Below are positions 1-9,867 of a stretch of DNA of 64,000 nucleotides, in pieces. The notes beneath the pieces were generated by a model that did not search any database, was not told the origin of the DNA, and worked only from the letters and a program-made list of their open reading frames with translations. A program made the position numbers and the translations under genes. The DNA comes from Candidatus Lustribacter sp. (GTDB lineage: Bacteria; Vulcanimicrobiota; Vulcanimicrobiia; Vulcanimicrobiales; Vulcanimicrobiaceae), in assembly GCA_965277805.1 (NCBI GenBank), contig OZ255842.1, forward strand, positions 4,000,001 to 4,064,000, written 5' to 3'. Within the stretch, counting starts at the first letter, position 1; each line of letters starts with the position of its first letter.

Positions 1-769
1 CCTTGAAGGCGAGCTGGGCGTCCGTTTGTTCGAACGGCGCGGCCGCTCGGTCGCCCTCTCCGAACGCGGCGCCGTCTTCCTGTCCTACGTCGAGCGCGCG
101 CTCGACGAACTCGGTAACGCGCAAACGCACATCGCGAAGATGAACCAGACGGAGGAGGCGACGGTCTCGTTGGGCTTCCTGCGCTCGCTCGGCCCGCGCT
201 TCGTTCCCGACCTCGCTCGGCGCTTTCTGCTCGAACATCCGGCGGTGCGCTTTGATTACGGCGAAGCCGGACGCGACGGTTTGCTCCAACGCCTCTACAG
301 CGGGCTCTCGATGTTGTGCATCACCGTGCACACCGACGATCCGCGCATCGATTGGCAGCCGATCGGCAAGCAAAACCTCGTTGTGATCGTGCCGCCGCAC
401 CATCGGCTCGCCCAGCGTACGAGCATCCCGCTCTCCGAACTCGCCGGCGAACCGTTCGCGATGTTCAGCGAAGGCATTCCCGTGCGCCGGCAGATCCTCA
501 GCCTGCTCGAGGCTGCGGGCGTCACGCCCATCATCGCCTCGGAAAGCGCGCAGTCCGGTTCGATCTTCGGCCTCGTTTCGTCCGGCTCGGCCGTGTCCAT
601 CGTGCCCGCGACGGGCGCGTCGCACGATTGCGTCACGCTCACGATCGAGGATGCCGGCGCGGCACGCGATCTCGGTATCGCGCACCTGGCGGGCGGCTAC
701 CTCTCCGTTGCGGAAACCGCCTTCCGCGAATTCGTGCTGCGCGACTCGGCGCTCTTAAGCGCCAAGTAG
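1..769 (+). CDS. LysR-family transcriptional regulator (5' truncated by window)
   Basis: LEGELGVRLFERRGRSVALSERG end of HTH, followed by LysR substrate-binding domain. Confidence 0.93.
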   Translation, partial: LEGELGVRLFERRGRSVALSERGAVFLSYVERALDELGNAQTHIAKMNQTEEATVSLGFLRSLGPRFVPDLARRFLLEHPAVRFDYGEAGRDGLLQRLYSGLSMLCITVHTDDPRIDWQPIGKQNLVVIVPPHHRLAQRTSIPLSELAGEPFAMFSEGIPVRRQILSLLEAAGVTPIIASESAQSGSIFGLVSSGSAVSIVPATGASHDCVTLTIEDAGAARDLGIAHLAGGYLSVAETAFREFVLRDSALLSAK

Positions 770-1768
770 CGCGACCGTATTCGTGCGGTCAATCGCGGCC
801 AGTTGCTGCGCATCGAACACACCGCAGCCGGCTAAGCCGTCGACGTTCTCCTTGACCGTCAGATACGGGTAGTCCGAGCCGAACAGGATTTGGGAGACCG
901 GCACGATCTTCGTCAACGCCGCCATTGGTGCCGCGATGGCCGTTTGTGCCGTATCGTAATACATCTTGCGCGCTTCGCTGAAGAACCCGCCGGGGACCAC
1001 CTTGAGCCGGTCGGGCGCGCGCGACTCGCGCATGAAGCGCCACTGCAGGAACGGCATCGTACCGCCGGCATGCGACCAGATCACGCGCATGTTCGGATAC
1101 CTGAGCGTGGTGCCGCTGAAGATCATGCGCGCGATGGCCCGCGTCGTGTCCGTGCCGTACTCGATGTCGGCGTCGGTGATGCCGGCCATCAAATTCGTAC
1201 AGCACGCGGGTGAGGTGGGATGCACGAACAGAACGGCCTTGCGGCGGTTGAGTTCTTCGAAGATCGGCGCGAAGATCTCATCGCCGAGGTACCACTTGCC
1301 GTAGCTCGTGAACATACCGATGCCGTTGCACTTCAATGTGTCGAGGGCGTATCCGATCTCGGTCAGACAACCGTCGACATCCGGAAACGGCAGCGCGCCG
1401 AAGATCCCGAAGCGGCCCGGATGATCGGACCGCATCTTCGCCGCGTACTCATTGGCGTCGCGCGCCAGCCGGCGTGCCTGCTCGTTGTCGCCGAAGTTGA
1501 GTCCGGGCGTCGTAATCGAGAGGATCGCCTTTTGCGCGCCGCCTTCATCCATCGTTGCGAGTGTTGCCGCCGGCGACCACTTCTTCCAGATTTGCGCCGT
1601 GATCGGCGAGATGCCGTCGGTTACGCGCAGCCAGTACGGCGGTGCGAAGTGGTGGTGCACGTCGATGCGGCCCGGCGCCTGTGAACGCGCCGCGTCCGGC
1701 CCGAGTGCGAGCCCCGCGCCCGTGGCCGCCAATCCCGCAATGAACGTCCGGCGATCGATACCCATCAT
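755..1768 (-). CDS. Amidohydrolase_2 family (ACMSD/6-methylsalicylate decarboxylase-like) with Tat-type signal
   Basis: IDRRTFIAG signal; DVHHH, FVHP, SHAGGTMP, LFGSDYPY motifs. Confidence 0.9.
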   Translation of the reverse strand: MMGIDRRTFIAGLAATGAGLALGPDAARSQAPGRIDVHHHFAPPYWLRVTDGISPITAQIWKKWSPAATLATMDEGGAQKAILSITTPGLNFGDNEQARRLARDANEYAAKMRSDHPGRFGIFGALPFPDVDGCLTEIGYALDTLKCNGIGMFTSYGKWYLGDEIFAPIFEELNRRKAVLFVHPTSPACCTNLMAGITDADIEYGTDTTRAIARMIFSGTTLRYPNMRVIWSHAGGTMPFLQWRFMRESRAPDRLKVVPGGFFSEARKMYYDTAQTAIAAPMAALTKIVPVSQILFGSDYPYLTVKENVDGLAGCGVFDAQQLAAIDRTNTVALLGA

Positions 1769-1822
1769 GCTCCTACTATAGTCGCATCGCCGCTTCGGAG
1801 CGATGCCGCCGAACGGTTCGCT

Positions 1823-2959
1823 TTATGACGCAGAGGCTATGGTTAACGCTTTGTCCGCGTCGCTGAAGTTCTTGCCGGCGTCGAAGCGGATGATCTCGTC
1901 GTTCGCGCTCGCGTCGCGCAGGATGCCGTGCGGATCGCGGCCCTCTTGTACGGCCGCGATTGAATCGAAGGCGACCTTACGCCACATGATGATCCCGCGA
2001 TCCGACGACGCGAGAATTTCGCGCGTGCGGTCGTGGATGAGGCCTTGGCTCTCCTGCGCCGCGCGGTCTTGTTCGTCGGACGCCAAACCCCACCAGCCGT
2101 CCTCGACCGTATCGTACACGCCGCGCACGTTCTTCGTGAAGCCGCGGCACTCGCGTTTGTACGGCCCTTCCGGCTTGAACTTGCTCTCGATGAAGAACGT
2201 CATCGTCGCGTAGTCATCGACCGGCACCCGGATGTGTAAGAACTCGCTCGGGATGCTTCCGACGCGCGCGTTGTAGCGGCGGGTCGACGACGGGAAGATA
2301 TCGTGGACGATGTTTGTGCGGCCGTCCGGATATTCGGACTGCGTGCGAAAGCCGTACCACGTCTTCACGAACTCGACTTCGGGCCGCTTCAACGCGATCG
2401 ATGGATACACCGAGGCGTGCAGTGCCATGCTGTGATAAGCGTCGACGCCGTTTTCCGCGCGCTGCACCCAATTGCAGAGGTCGTCGGCGGCCCAGATCGT
2501 GCGGTCGCATTCATCGATGGCGAGCAGATCGAAGCGCGGGATCAAAGGCGCCGGATCGGGACCGAGGTACGCGAAGATGAGCCCGGCCACGATCTGCACT
2601 TTCGCCGAACGTTGGCGCACGCGCTGGGGCAGCGTGCTCGACGGCGGTTCGGCCGGCATCTCGAGACACTGGCCCTCGGCATCGTAGAGCCAGCCGTGGT
2701 AGCAGCAGCGGATGCCGCGCTCTTCGACGCGCCCGTGTTCGAGCGACGCGCGGCGATGCGAGCAGAACGTGTCGAGCATCCCGATCTTGCCCTCGCCGTC
2801 ACGGAAGAGCACGAAGTCTTCCCCGAGATGGCGCACCTTGACCGGCTTCTTCTCGATCTGCTCCTCAAAGCCGACCGGCCACCAATAGCGCCGCAGCATC
2901 TCGCCGCCGGGCGTTCCGGGGCCGACGCGGGTGAGCTTTTCGTTGTCTTCTGGCGTCAT
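1823..2959 (-). CDS. Rieske aromatic oxygenase/O-demethylase alpha subunit (phthalate 4,5-dioxygenase/LigX class)
   Basis: LTRVGPGTPGGEMLRRYW; CSHR...CCYHGW Rieske site; ENGVDAYH...LH and QD mononuclear Fe ligands. Confidence 0.92.
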   Translation of the reverse strand: MTPEDNEKLTRVGPGTPGGEMLRRYWWPVGFEEQIEKKPVKVRHLGEDFVLFRDGEGKIGMLDTFCSHRRASLEHGRVEERGIRCCYHGWLYDAEGQCLEMPAEPPSSTLPQRVRQRSAKVQIVAGLIFAYLGPDPAPLIPRFDLLAIDECDRTIWAADDLCNWVQRAENGVDAYHSMALHASVYPSIALKRPEVEFVKTWYGFRTQSEYPDGRTNIVHDIFPSSTRRYNARVGSIPSEFLHIRVPVDDYATMTFFIESKFKPEGPYKRECRGFTKNVRGVYDTVEDGWWGLASDEQDRAAQESQGLIHDRTREILASSDRGIIMWRKVAFDSIAAVQEGRDPHGILRDASANDEIIRFDAGKNFSDADKALTIASAS

Positions 2960-2967
2960 GTGGTTCC

Positions 2968-3951
2968 TCAGGCTTTGGGCAGGAAGCGTTCCGTGTACAA
3001 CTTCGAGGTGTCGACCGACTTGTCGACCAGATTGAGATCGCTGAAGGAAGCGAAGAGTTTGTCGAGCCCGCGCGGCGCGAACTTGCCGTCGGTCGAGAAT
3101 TTCGCGATCAGTTGATCGTAGATGCGCGACGACACGTCGGCCGGATAACCCGTCGCCTCGACGGTTACCGCGACGGTTTCCGCTTTGTGCGTGCGCATGT
3201 ACTTCACCGCATCGAACCAGCCGGCGAGGAAGCGCCGCACGGCGCCGGGATTCTGCTGCACGATCGCGTTGCTCGCGAAGATCACGAACAGCTGCAGCTC
3301 CTTCACGTAGGTCGAGACGTCGACGAGCGAACGGCCCACGTGCAAGTCTTGCAGCTCGTAGCCGTTGGCCGGGCTCGCAATGTTGGCATCGATCTGCCCC
3401 GTCTTGAAGGCGGAGACTTCGGCCGCCGGATCGCCGCCGATTGCCACCGGAACGGCGCGATCGCTATCGCTCGTCCAGCCCTTCACGCGATTGAGCTCAT
3501 CGACGAGCCATGACGTGAGCGTGCCTTGGCTCGTGATGCCGATCTTCTTGCCGCGCAGATCGTCGAGGCTCTTGGCGGTCGAGTTCGCGCCGACGTCGAT
3601 GCCCATGAATGCGGGCGACGCCGTGATCGAGGCCACCGCGATCTCGGGCGCTCCCTTCGCGATAAACGCCATTTCCGAGCCGCCGCTGAGCGCGATCTCC
3701 ACCGCGCCGGCCGTCAGCGCTTGCGTGAGTTTCGTGCCGCCGCTAAACACGATCGACTCGACGTCCAGCCCCTGTTTCGCGAACTGCCCGTACTTGATCC
3801 CGATGTCGAGCGGCACGTAGCCAAACACTTGCTGCACCGATTTGCCGACGCGCAACTTGTCGGCGGCGCGGGCCGGTAACGGCAGTGCAGCGGCCGCTAT
3901 CGAGGTTCCGAGGACGGTTAATGCATCGCGGCGCGAGAGTTGAGCAGCCAT
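2968..3951 (-). CDS. NMT1/SsuA-type ABC substrate-binding protein, Tat signal
   Basis: LSRRDAL signal; GLDVE, DDLRGKKIGIT motifs. Confidence 0.88.
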   Translation of the reverse strand: MAAQLSRRDALTVLGTSIAAAALPLPARAADKLRVGKSVQQVFGYVPLDIGIKYGQFAKQGLDVESIVFSGGTKLTQALTAGAVEIALSGGSEMAFIAKGAPEIAVASITASPAFMGIDVGANSTAKSLDDLRGKKIGITSQGTLTSWLVDELNRVKGWTSDSDRAVPVAIGGDPAAEVSAFKTGQIDANIASPANGYELQDLHVGRSLVDVSTYVKELQLFVIFASNAIVQQNPGAVRRFLAGWFDAVKYMRTHKAETVAVTVEATGYPADVSSRIYDQLIAKFSTDGKFAPRGLDKLFASFSDLNLVDKSVDTSKLYTERFLPKA

Positions 3952-3962
3952 TGTTCCCCCCT

Positions 3963-5015
3963 TCAGTCCGGTAGCGCGACTTCGGCTTCACCGCGGGCGG
4001 CGGCGCCGCGGTTGTTGACGACGGCGATGTCGAGCTTCACGCGTCCGCCATCTGCACCGCGCGAAGTTTCCGTTACGCGCGCGCGGGCGGTAACGACGTC
4101 GTCGGGATACGAGCTGCCGATCATGCGAAATGGTCCGAGCTTCACGAGCCGGCCGTCGAGGCCCATCCAGCGGCGCAGCATCACTTCGAACAGCATCTCG
4201 TAGCTGCGCGTGTTGAAGATGATGTCGTTGAAGCCCGAGGCCTTCGCCTGATCGCGATTGTGGTGGATGCCCGAATACATCCGGTCGACCGCCACGCTCA
4301 TCACGATGCGCTGATAGCTGAGCCAGAGCGAGAACGGCGGAACCATCTCGCCCGCAGCAACATCGCCGATGCGGCGCTGACGGCTCCAGTCGAACGGGTC
4401 GGGCGCGGTGCCGGCCGCCTCGGGCGGCGCGCTCAACTCGTCGGCTTCGCGCGGCGCGCGTTTCTCGCGCGGTGAATCGCTCGCCTTTTCATCGTAGCGG
4501 AAGCCGGTGTTACGGTTCTTCGCGACCAGTTCGCCGGTCTGTTTGTAAATCGTGGTTTCGGTCGTGAGGAACACGCCTTCACCGAGCCGCGTCGTGCTCG
4601 GCTTGATGTCGACCAGCCGCCAGTTGCCGCGCAGCCGGTCGCCGGCGTACAGCGGCTCGAAATACTCCCACTCGGTTGCGGTGTTTACGCCCTTCGCGTA
4701 CACGGCCGGCAAGGTGTCGGTGCGGATGCCGCCGGGCTGCTGACGCAAGCCGGGTGCGTACAGTTGCGGATCGCCGGGAGCCCAATAGGCCGGCATGCCC
4801 CATAGCGGCGTCATCGTTACCGGTGCAACGAGGCTGCGAAAGCCGTGCGCGCGCGCCGTTGCGTCGTCGTAGTGCAGTGGGCAGTCGGCACAATACACTT
4901 CGAGCTTGCGACGGATGTCGTTTCGCGACACCTCATCGGCGCCGCTGAACGCATGCTCGCGCCCGATCCACTCCTGCAACTGGTCGAGCGAGGCGGCTTT
5001 CGATTCGGTCGTCAT
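3963..5015 (-). CDS. Double hot-dog MaoC-like dehydratase
   Basis: DCPLHYDD..ARAHGF, EWEYFEPLYAGDRL; second half IHHNRDQAKASGF. Confidence 0.8.
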   Translation of the reverse strand: MTTESKAASLDQLQEWIGREHAFSGADEVSRNDIRRKLEVYCADCPLHYDDATARAHGFRSLVAPVTMTPLWGMPAYWAPGDPQLYAPGLRQQPGGIRTDTLPAVYAKGVNTATEWEYFEPLYAGDRLRGNWRLVDIKPSTTRLGEGVFLTTETTIYKQTGELVAKNRNTGFRYDEKASDSPREKRAPREADELSAPPEAAGTAPDPFDWSRQRRIGDVAAGEMVPPFSLWLSYQRIVMSVAVDRMYSGIHHNRDQAKASGFNDIIFNTRSYEMLFEVMLRRWMGLDGRLVKLGPFRMIGSSYPDDVVTARARVTETSRGADGGRVKLDIAVVNNRGAAARGEAEVALPD

Positions 5016-6146
5016 CTAGTGCGCTTGCGCCGCCGGCTGACGCGATGACACCGCACCCGGCAAAAGCAAGCGGTAGTGATCGACTTTCGAGACCGGTGCG
5101 AAATCGCCGATCAGGCGCCAGTTCTCGCCGCCGTCGTCACTCGTGTAGACGTTGCCGTTGGTCGCGCCGACGAACATGCTGAAACCGCCGGGCGCCGCAT
5201 AGAGCGACATCGCTTCGAGGTTCGCCGTCATCGGATCGGGCATGCCGTTCGATGCGGGCTGCCAGCTAGCGCCGAGATCGTGACTGACGAGCACGGTCGC
5301 GTTCGCGCGATGCAGGCTGATCCACGTGCCGGGATTGCTGAACGCGCCGCACATGTACATCGTGCGATCGTCGACGGGCGAGAAGATCAAGCGGTCGGGG
5401 TAACCGATGCGGAAGCCCTCGCGGTACGTGAGGTTGCTCCACGTTTCGCCGCAATCGATGCTGCGATAGAGCCCCATGCCGGTTGTCATGTAGATTTCGT
5501 CGGGATGATTCGGACGCAACGCGATCTGGTGCACGTCGCGATAGCTCTTGTCATCGGGCTTCGAGTACGAATCGAGTTCGCGCCACGTTTGACCGCCGTC
5601 GCTGGTGGTGAACAAACCGGCTTGCTCGACACCGACGTAGAGCGTTTTCGGATCGCGCGGATCGACGGCCAGCGTTTTCGCGTGCGGAATTTTCGGCGGC
5701 ATCGGAAAGACCCACTTGTCCATGCCCGGCATGTCGCGCCAGCCCGGCAGTTCATCCCACGTGCGGCCCTCATCGGCGCTGTGAAACAAGCTCGGCGGTT
5801 CGGTGCCGGCATACACGACCGGTTTTCCGCTTTCGACCGCCGAGACGAGCGAGTACACGTGCTCGATCGAGAGACCGGTGCTGCGCTGCTCCCACGTCCG
5901 GCCCAAATCGGGGCTGAAGTACACGCCGCCGCGATGGATGCCGGCATAAAGTCCGCCGTTCACCGGCTCGATCAAGAGCGAGCTGATGTGGTTGCCGTCT
6001 AGCGTCGTGCCCGTGAGTTTCCAGTCGGCTCCGGGCGCGCGTTCGAATGTCGCGACGCCCTTAGCGGTGCCGACGAGGAGGCGCGTGGCCGGTGCGTCGC
6101 CGCGAAAGACGCTCATGCCGTTAGGTGCGAGACAAGCGGTGGTCAT
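5016..6146 (-). CDS. BNR/Asp-box beta-propeller protein (cytoplasmic)
   Basis: Repeated SxDxGxTW boxes (SPDLGRTW, SADEGRTW, TSDGGQTW, SIDCGETW, SDDGGENW). Confidence 0.85.
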   Translation of the reverse strand: MTTACLAPNGMSVFRGDAPATRLLVGTAKGVATFERAPGADWKLTGTTLDGNHISSLLIEPVNGGLYAGIHRGGVYFSPDLGRTWEQRSTGLSIEHVYSLVSAVESGKPVVYAGTEPPSLFHSADEGRTWDELPGWRDMPGMDKWVFPMPPKIPHAKTLAVDPRDPKTLYVGVEQAGLFTTSDGGQTWRELDSYSKPDDKSYRDVHQIALRPNHPDEIYMTTGMGLYRSIDCGETWSNLTYREGFRIGYPDRLIFSPVDDRTMYMCGAFSNPGTWISLHRANATVLVSHDLGASWQPASNGMPDPMTANLEAMSLYAAPGGFSMFVGATNGNVYTSDDGGENWRLIGDFAPVSKVDHYRLLLPGAVSSRQPAAQAH

Positions 6147-7219
6147 AGCGGTTCTCCCCTTCCGTCCGGAGAGCTAAGGTCCCTTAGTATCGTAGCATCG
6201 GCGGCGCCGAGTTGCGAAGCGGGGGCGGGCATTTCGTGCCACAGATTTGCCAGTGCGCCGGCCGGGAAAGGAATCCGGCCGAAATCCGGATGATCGATTT
6301 CCCGCAGGAAGCCCCGCGCGATCAACTGCGGGTCACGCGTGAGGTCGAGCGGGTTCAGCACGGGCGCGGCCGGGATGTGGCGCCGCTGCGCTTCGGCCAC
6401 GATCTCGTCCTTCTGCTGATGCGCCGACCAGAGCGCGATGCGGTCGAGGATCTCGTGCTTGCGCTCGCGCCGCTCGGCTTCGTCCGCGAGCGAGTCGTCG
6501 TCCTTGAACGCCGGGTCCGGCACGACTTGCACGAAGTTCGCCCAGCCGTTCGGATCGGGCGGCACGCTGACCATCCAGTAACCGTCGGCGCACGGCAGCG
6601 CGCCGGCGAGCGCGGTGATGCCGCCGCGCGAACCGAGGCGCTCGAGCAATTCGCCCGATGCGCTGTACTCGACGAAGACTTGCTCGGCGAGTACCGCGAG
6701 GCATTGCGCCGCGGAAACGTCGACGACGCAGCCCTCGCCCGTCGCGTCTTTCGCGAACAGCGCCGAAGCCGCAGCCATCGCAACGTAGAGTCCGATCGCG
6801 GAATGCGGGATGTGACCGCCGAGCGGCGTTGGGCGCCCGTCAGGCTCGCCGGTGATCGCGAGCAAACCCGAACGCGCGAACGCGCACAACTCCGGCGGCC
6901 CGTCGTCGAGCTCGACGAGCACGAGCTTTGGATTCGCGCCCAGAATCACGATTTCGGGCAACGGCAACGGCAAGCTGGCGACGAGGGCGTCGGCGTTTCC
7001 GATTAGGCCGAGCAGCGTTTCGCGATCTTCTCTTGCCTGCCAATCGAGCACCATGCTGCGTTTGCCGGCGTTGAGGAATGCATGAAACATGCCGCCGGCT
7101 TCATGACGCAACGCGTCGCCGCCGGGCGGCTCGACGCGTACGACGTCGTGACCGAGTTCGGCCAATAGCCGCGTAGCGTACGCGCCGGCGCTGCTGGTAA
7201 AGTCCAGAACGCGCGCCAT
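6143..7219 (-). CDS. Family III CoA-transferase (CaiB/BaiF), subunit apparently lacking the catalytic Asp
   Basis: MARVLDF...RLLAELGHDVVRVEPPGGD, NAGKRS; ATG at 7219 overlaps upstream stop. Confidence 0.88.
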   Translation of the reverse strand: MARVLDFTSSAGAYATRLLAELGHDVVRVEPPGGDALRHEAGGMFHAFLNAGKRSMVLDWQAREDRETLLGLIGNADALVASLPLPLPEIVILGANPKLVLVELDDGPPELCAFARSGLLAITGEPDGRPTPLGGHIPHSAIGLYVAMAAASALFAKDATGEGCVVDVSAAQCLAVLAEQVFVEYSASGELLERLGSRGGITALAGALPCADGYWMVSVPPDPNGWANFVQVVPDPAFKDDDSLADEAERRERKHEILDRIALWSAHQQKDEIVAEAQRRHIPAAPVLNPLDLTRDPQLIARGFLREIDHPDFGRIPFPAGALANLWHEMPAPASQLGAADATILRDLSSPDGRGEPL

Positions 7220-8376
7220 CAGTGTCCCAGCCAATCGCGCAGCACGTCGTCGCTGTCGGCACCGACGCGCGGAGCCGGCGTGAGCGCCGCCGGTGAGGTT
7301 CCGCGGAACGAGAACGGCAGACCGACGGATTGCTCGCCGTCGCCGAGCGGTTTGAGAATGCGCTGCCATTCAGCCGTCTGCGCGATGTCGTTGCCGCGCC
7401 GCATCGCTGCGGCCCACACGCCGCACGCCTCCACGCGCGCTTCCACTTCGTCCGGCGTAAGTTCGCGCGTCCATGCTTCGAGTACGCGGTCGATCGCGTC
7501 GTGATGCTGCAATCGGCCCGCGAGCGTTGCATATTGCGGATCGCGCAGCGAGCCGGCGCTTTCCCCAAGTCCGTGCAGCAGCGCGTGCCATTGCGCATCG
7601 GTTTGCACGCTGATCGTGCACCACTGGTCGTCGCCGGCACAGCGGTAACAGCCTTGCGGTGCGGCCGTCGCGGACCGGCTTCCAGAACGTGCCGGTGCCG
7701 CACCCGTGACGGTACTCGACAGCAGCAAACTGCCGATCATCGCGACGCTGCACTCGAATTGCGAGACGTCGAGGTGGTAGCCGAGGCCGCTCGCGCGACG
7801 TTTGGCGAGCGCGCCGATGATCGCGACGGCGGTGTGCAATCCGCCGATGTAGTCGTTCCACGAATTCGAGATGCCGATCGGCGGATCGCCGCTTTCGCCG
7901 GTGGCGAGCATCATGCCTGAAAACGCTTGCAACGTGACGTTCATGCCGGTCCACGCTTGGCGCGGCCCCGTATGTCCGAACGCCGACATGCTCGCATAGA
8001 CCAGCCGCGGATTCGTTTTCGAGACGTCGGCGTAGCCGATGCCGAGCCGGTCCATCACGCCGCTCGAGAAGTTCTCGACCAGCACGTCGGCCGTATCGAT
8101 GAGCCGGCGCGCGATCGCAATGCCGTCTTCGGTCTTGAGGTTGAGGTCGATCGAGCGGCGATTACGGTTGATGTGCGCGAGGAGCGGCGTGCGTCCGCTG
8201 GGCGTCCGGCTTCCGCCGCCGCCGCGCCGCGCGCCCGTGCGTCCGCGACGCGTCGCCGTTTCCACTTTCACGACGTCGGCGCCGAGATCGGCCAGCATGC
8301 GCGCGCAAAACGGCCCGGCCACGATGTGACCGAAGTCGAGCACGCGGATACCGCTCAGCGGCAAGCGTTGCAGCAC
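7219..8376 (-). CDS. Family III CoA-transferase (CaiB/BaiF)
   Basis: PLSGIRVLDFGHIVAGPFCARMLADLGADVVKVE, NRNRRS, ADVLVENF, WNDYIGG. Confidence 0.93.
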   Translation of the reverse strand: MLQRLPLSGIRVLDFGHIVAGPFCARMLADLGADVVKVETATRRGRTGARRGGGGSRTPSGRTPLLAHINRNRRSIDLNLKTEDGIAIARRLIDTADVLVENFSSGVMDRLGIGYADVSKTNPRLVYASMSAFGHTGPRQAWTGMNVTLQAFSGMMLATGESGDPPIGISNSWNDYIGGLHTAVAIIGALAKRRASGLGYHLDVSQFECSVAMIGSLLLSSTVTGAAPARSGSRSATAAPQGCYRCAGDDQWCTISVQTDAQWHALLHGLGESAGSLRDPQYATLAGRLQHHDAIDRVLEAWTRELTPDEVEARVEACGVWAAAMRRGNDIAQTAEWQRILKPLGDGEQSVGLPFSFRGTSPAALTPAPRVGADSDDVLRDWLGH

Positions 8377-8377
8377 G

Positions 8378-9121
8378 TTACGCTTGATGCCAGCGGCTGA
8401 AGCGCCGCTCGGCGATGCGGCAGAGTTCGTTCAGCGTCACGGCGATCGCGGCGAGCACCGCGATCAGCGCGAAGAGATTCGGCGGCGAGAAGCTCTGCGC
8501 GAAATGGCGCGTGTAGTAGCCGAGACCCGCGGTCGAGACGTAGAGTTCGGCAATGAGCACGCCGAGCAGCACCGCCGTCATGCCGAGCCGCATGCCGGTG
8601 AAGAAACACGGCACCATGTGCGGCAGCACGACGGTTTGCAAAACTTGCAGCCGGCTCGCACCCATCGAGCGCGCCGCGGTCACCAGGGCGGACGGCAGAT
8701 TTGCGACGCCGGCGACGGTCGAAACGATCACGGGAAAGACACCCTGGCTGACGCCGAACGCGATCTTCGCTTCGGGCCCGATGCCCCACCCCAACACGAA
8801 CAGCGGCAACAGCGTCGTCTGCGGAATCGCGTACAGCAGCAGAATCACCGGCATGATCGCGCCTTTGGTAAACCCTTGCAGCCCCACCGCGAGCCCCACC
8901 GACAGACCGACACCGGTCGCGATCGCGAACGCCGCGACCATCTCGAATACGGTGATCGCAATTGCATGGACGACCTTCGGATCCCCGAACAGCGGCCCGA
9001 GCGCTTGCACGACGGCCGACGGCGGACAGATGAACAGCGGATCGCCGAAGAGCCGCGCGCCCACTTCCCACAGCACGAGCACGGCCGCAATCACGAGCAG
9101 CCGCGCGTTGCCCGCGCTCAT
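8378..9121 (-). CDS. NitT/TauT ABC permease
   Basis: Hydrophobic; AARSMGAS EAA loop; start MSAGNARL overlaps upstream stop. Confidence 0.9.
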   Translation of the reverse strand: MSAGNARLLVIAAVLVLWEVGARLFGDPLFICPPSAVVQALGPLFGDPKVVHAIAITVFEMVAAFAIATGVGLSVGLAVGLQGFTKGAIMPVILLLYAIPQTTLLPLFVLGWGIGPEAKIAFGVSQGVFPVIVSTVAGVANLPSALVTAARSMGASRLQVLQTVVLPHMVPCFFTGMRLGMTAVLLGVLIAELYVSTAGLGYYTRHFAQSFSPPNLFALIAVLAAIAVTLNELCRIAERRFSRWHQA

Positions 9122-9867
9122 TGTGCCCACCGCCGGCCGCGCGCTTCGGCATACGAAACGCTCGCGTTGATGGCGACGGCTAAGAGCACGGCGAAGATGA
9201 TGCCGGCGAACATTTTCGAGGGCTCCATATTTTCGCCGGCCTCGACGATGCGATGGCCCAAGCCCGAGAGCGACGCGATCATCTCGCAGCCGAGGATCGT
9301 CATGAACGCGATGATGCCGCCAAGGCGGAATCCGGTGAGCACGACCGGCAGTGCGGCCGGCAGCATCACGGTTGAAAACAGTTGCAGATCGCTCGCGCCC
9401 ATCGAACGCGCCGCCGTCACGAAGCTGCGGTTGACGAAGCTCAGGCCCGCAATCGTGTTGAGCGCGACGGGAAAGAACGCGATCGTCGTGCCGATCGCGA
9501 TCTTCGACGCCGGGCCCAAACCGAAGAAGAGCAGGTAGAGCGGAAACAGCAGAATCGCCGGCACCGAATAGAACCCGGCCAGCAGCGGATCGAATACGCG
9601 CACCGTGTACGGCGTGAGGCTGACGAGATATCCCACGACGCAACCCGCGACCGCACCGAGCGCAAACGCAACGACCCACTCGGAGATCGTGACGAGCAGA
9701 TCGGGCCAGATGCCGCGCGTCGTCAGCAGCACGCCGAAGTCGTGAAACACGGGTCCCGGCGGCGGCAGCAAGATCGGATTCACGCGGCCGGGGAGCGTGA
9801 GGAGATACCAGGCGGCGAACCCGGCTATCAGGATCGCGAGTTGGACCAGCCGTTGCGCCGTTCTCAT
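9118..9867 (-). CDS. NitT/TauT ABC permease
   Basis: LPPPGPV, AARSMGAS, LPAALP motifs. Confidence 0.9.
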   Translation of the reverse strand: MRTAQRLVQLAILIAGFAAWYLLTLPGRVNPILLPPPGPVFHDFGVLLTTRGIWPDLLVTISEWVVAFALGAVAGCVVGYLVSLTPYTVRVFDPLLAGFYSVPAILLFPLYLLFFGLGPASKIAIGTTIAFFPVALNTIAGLSFVNRSFVTAARSMGASDLQLFSTVMLPAALPVVLTGFRLGGIIAFMTILGCEMIASLSGLGHRIVEAGENMEPSKMFAGIIFAVLLAVAINASVSYAEARGRRWAQ

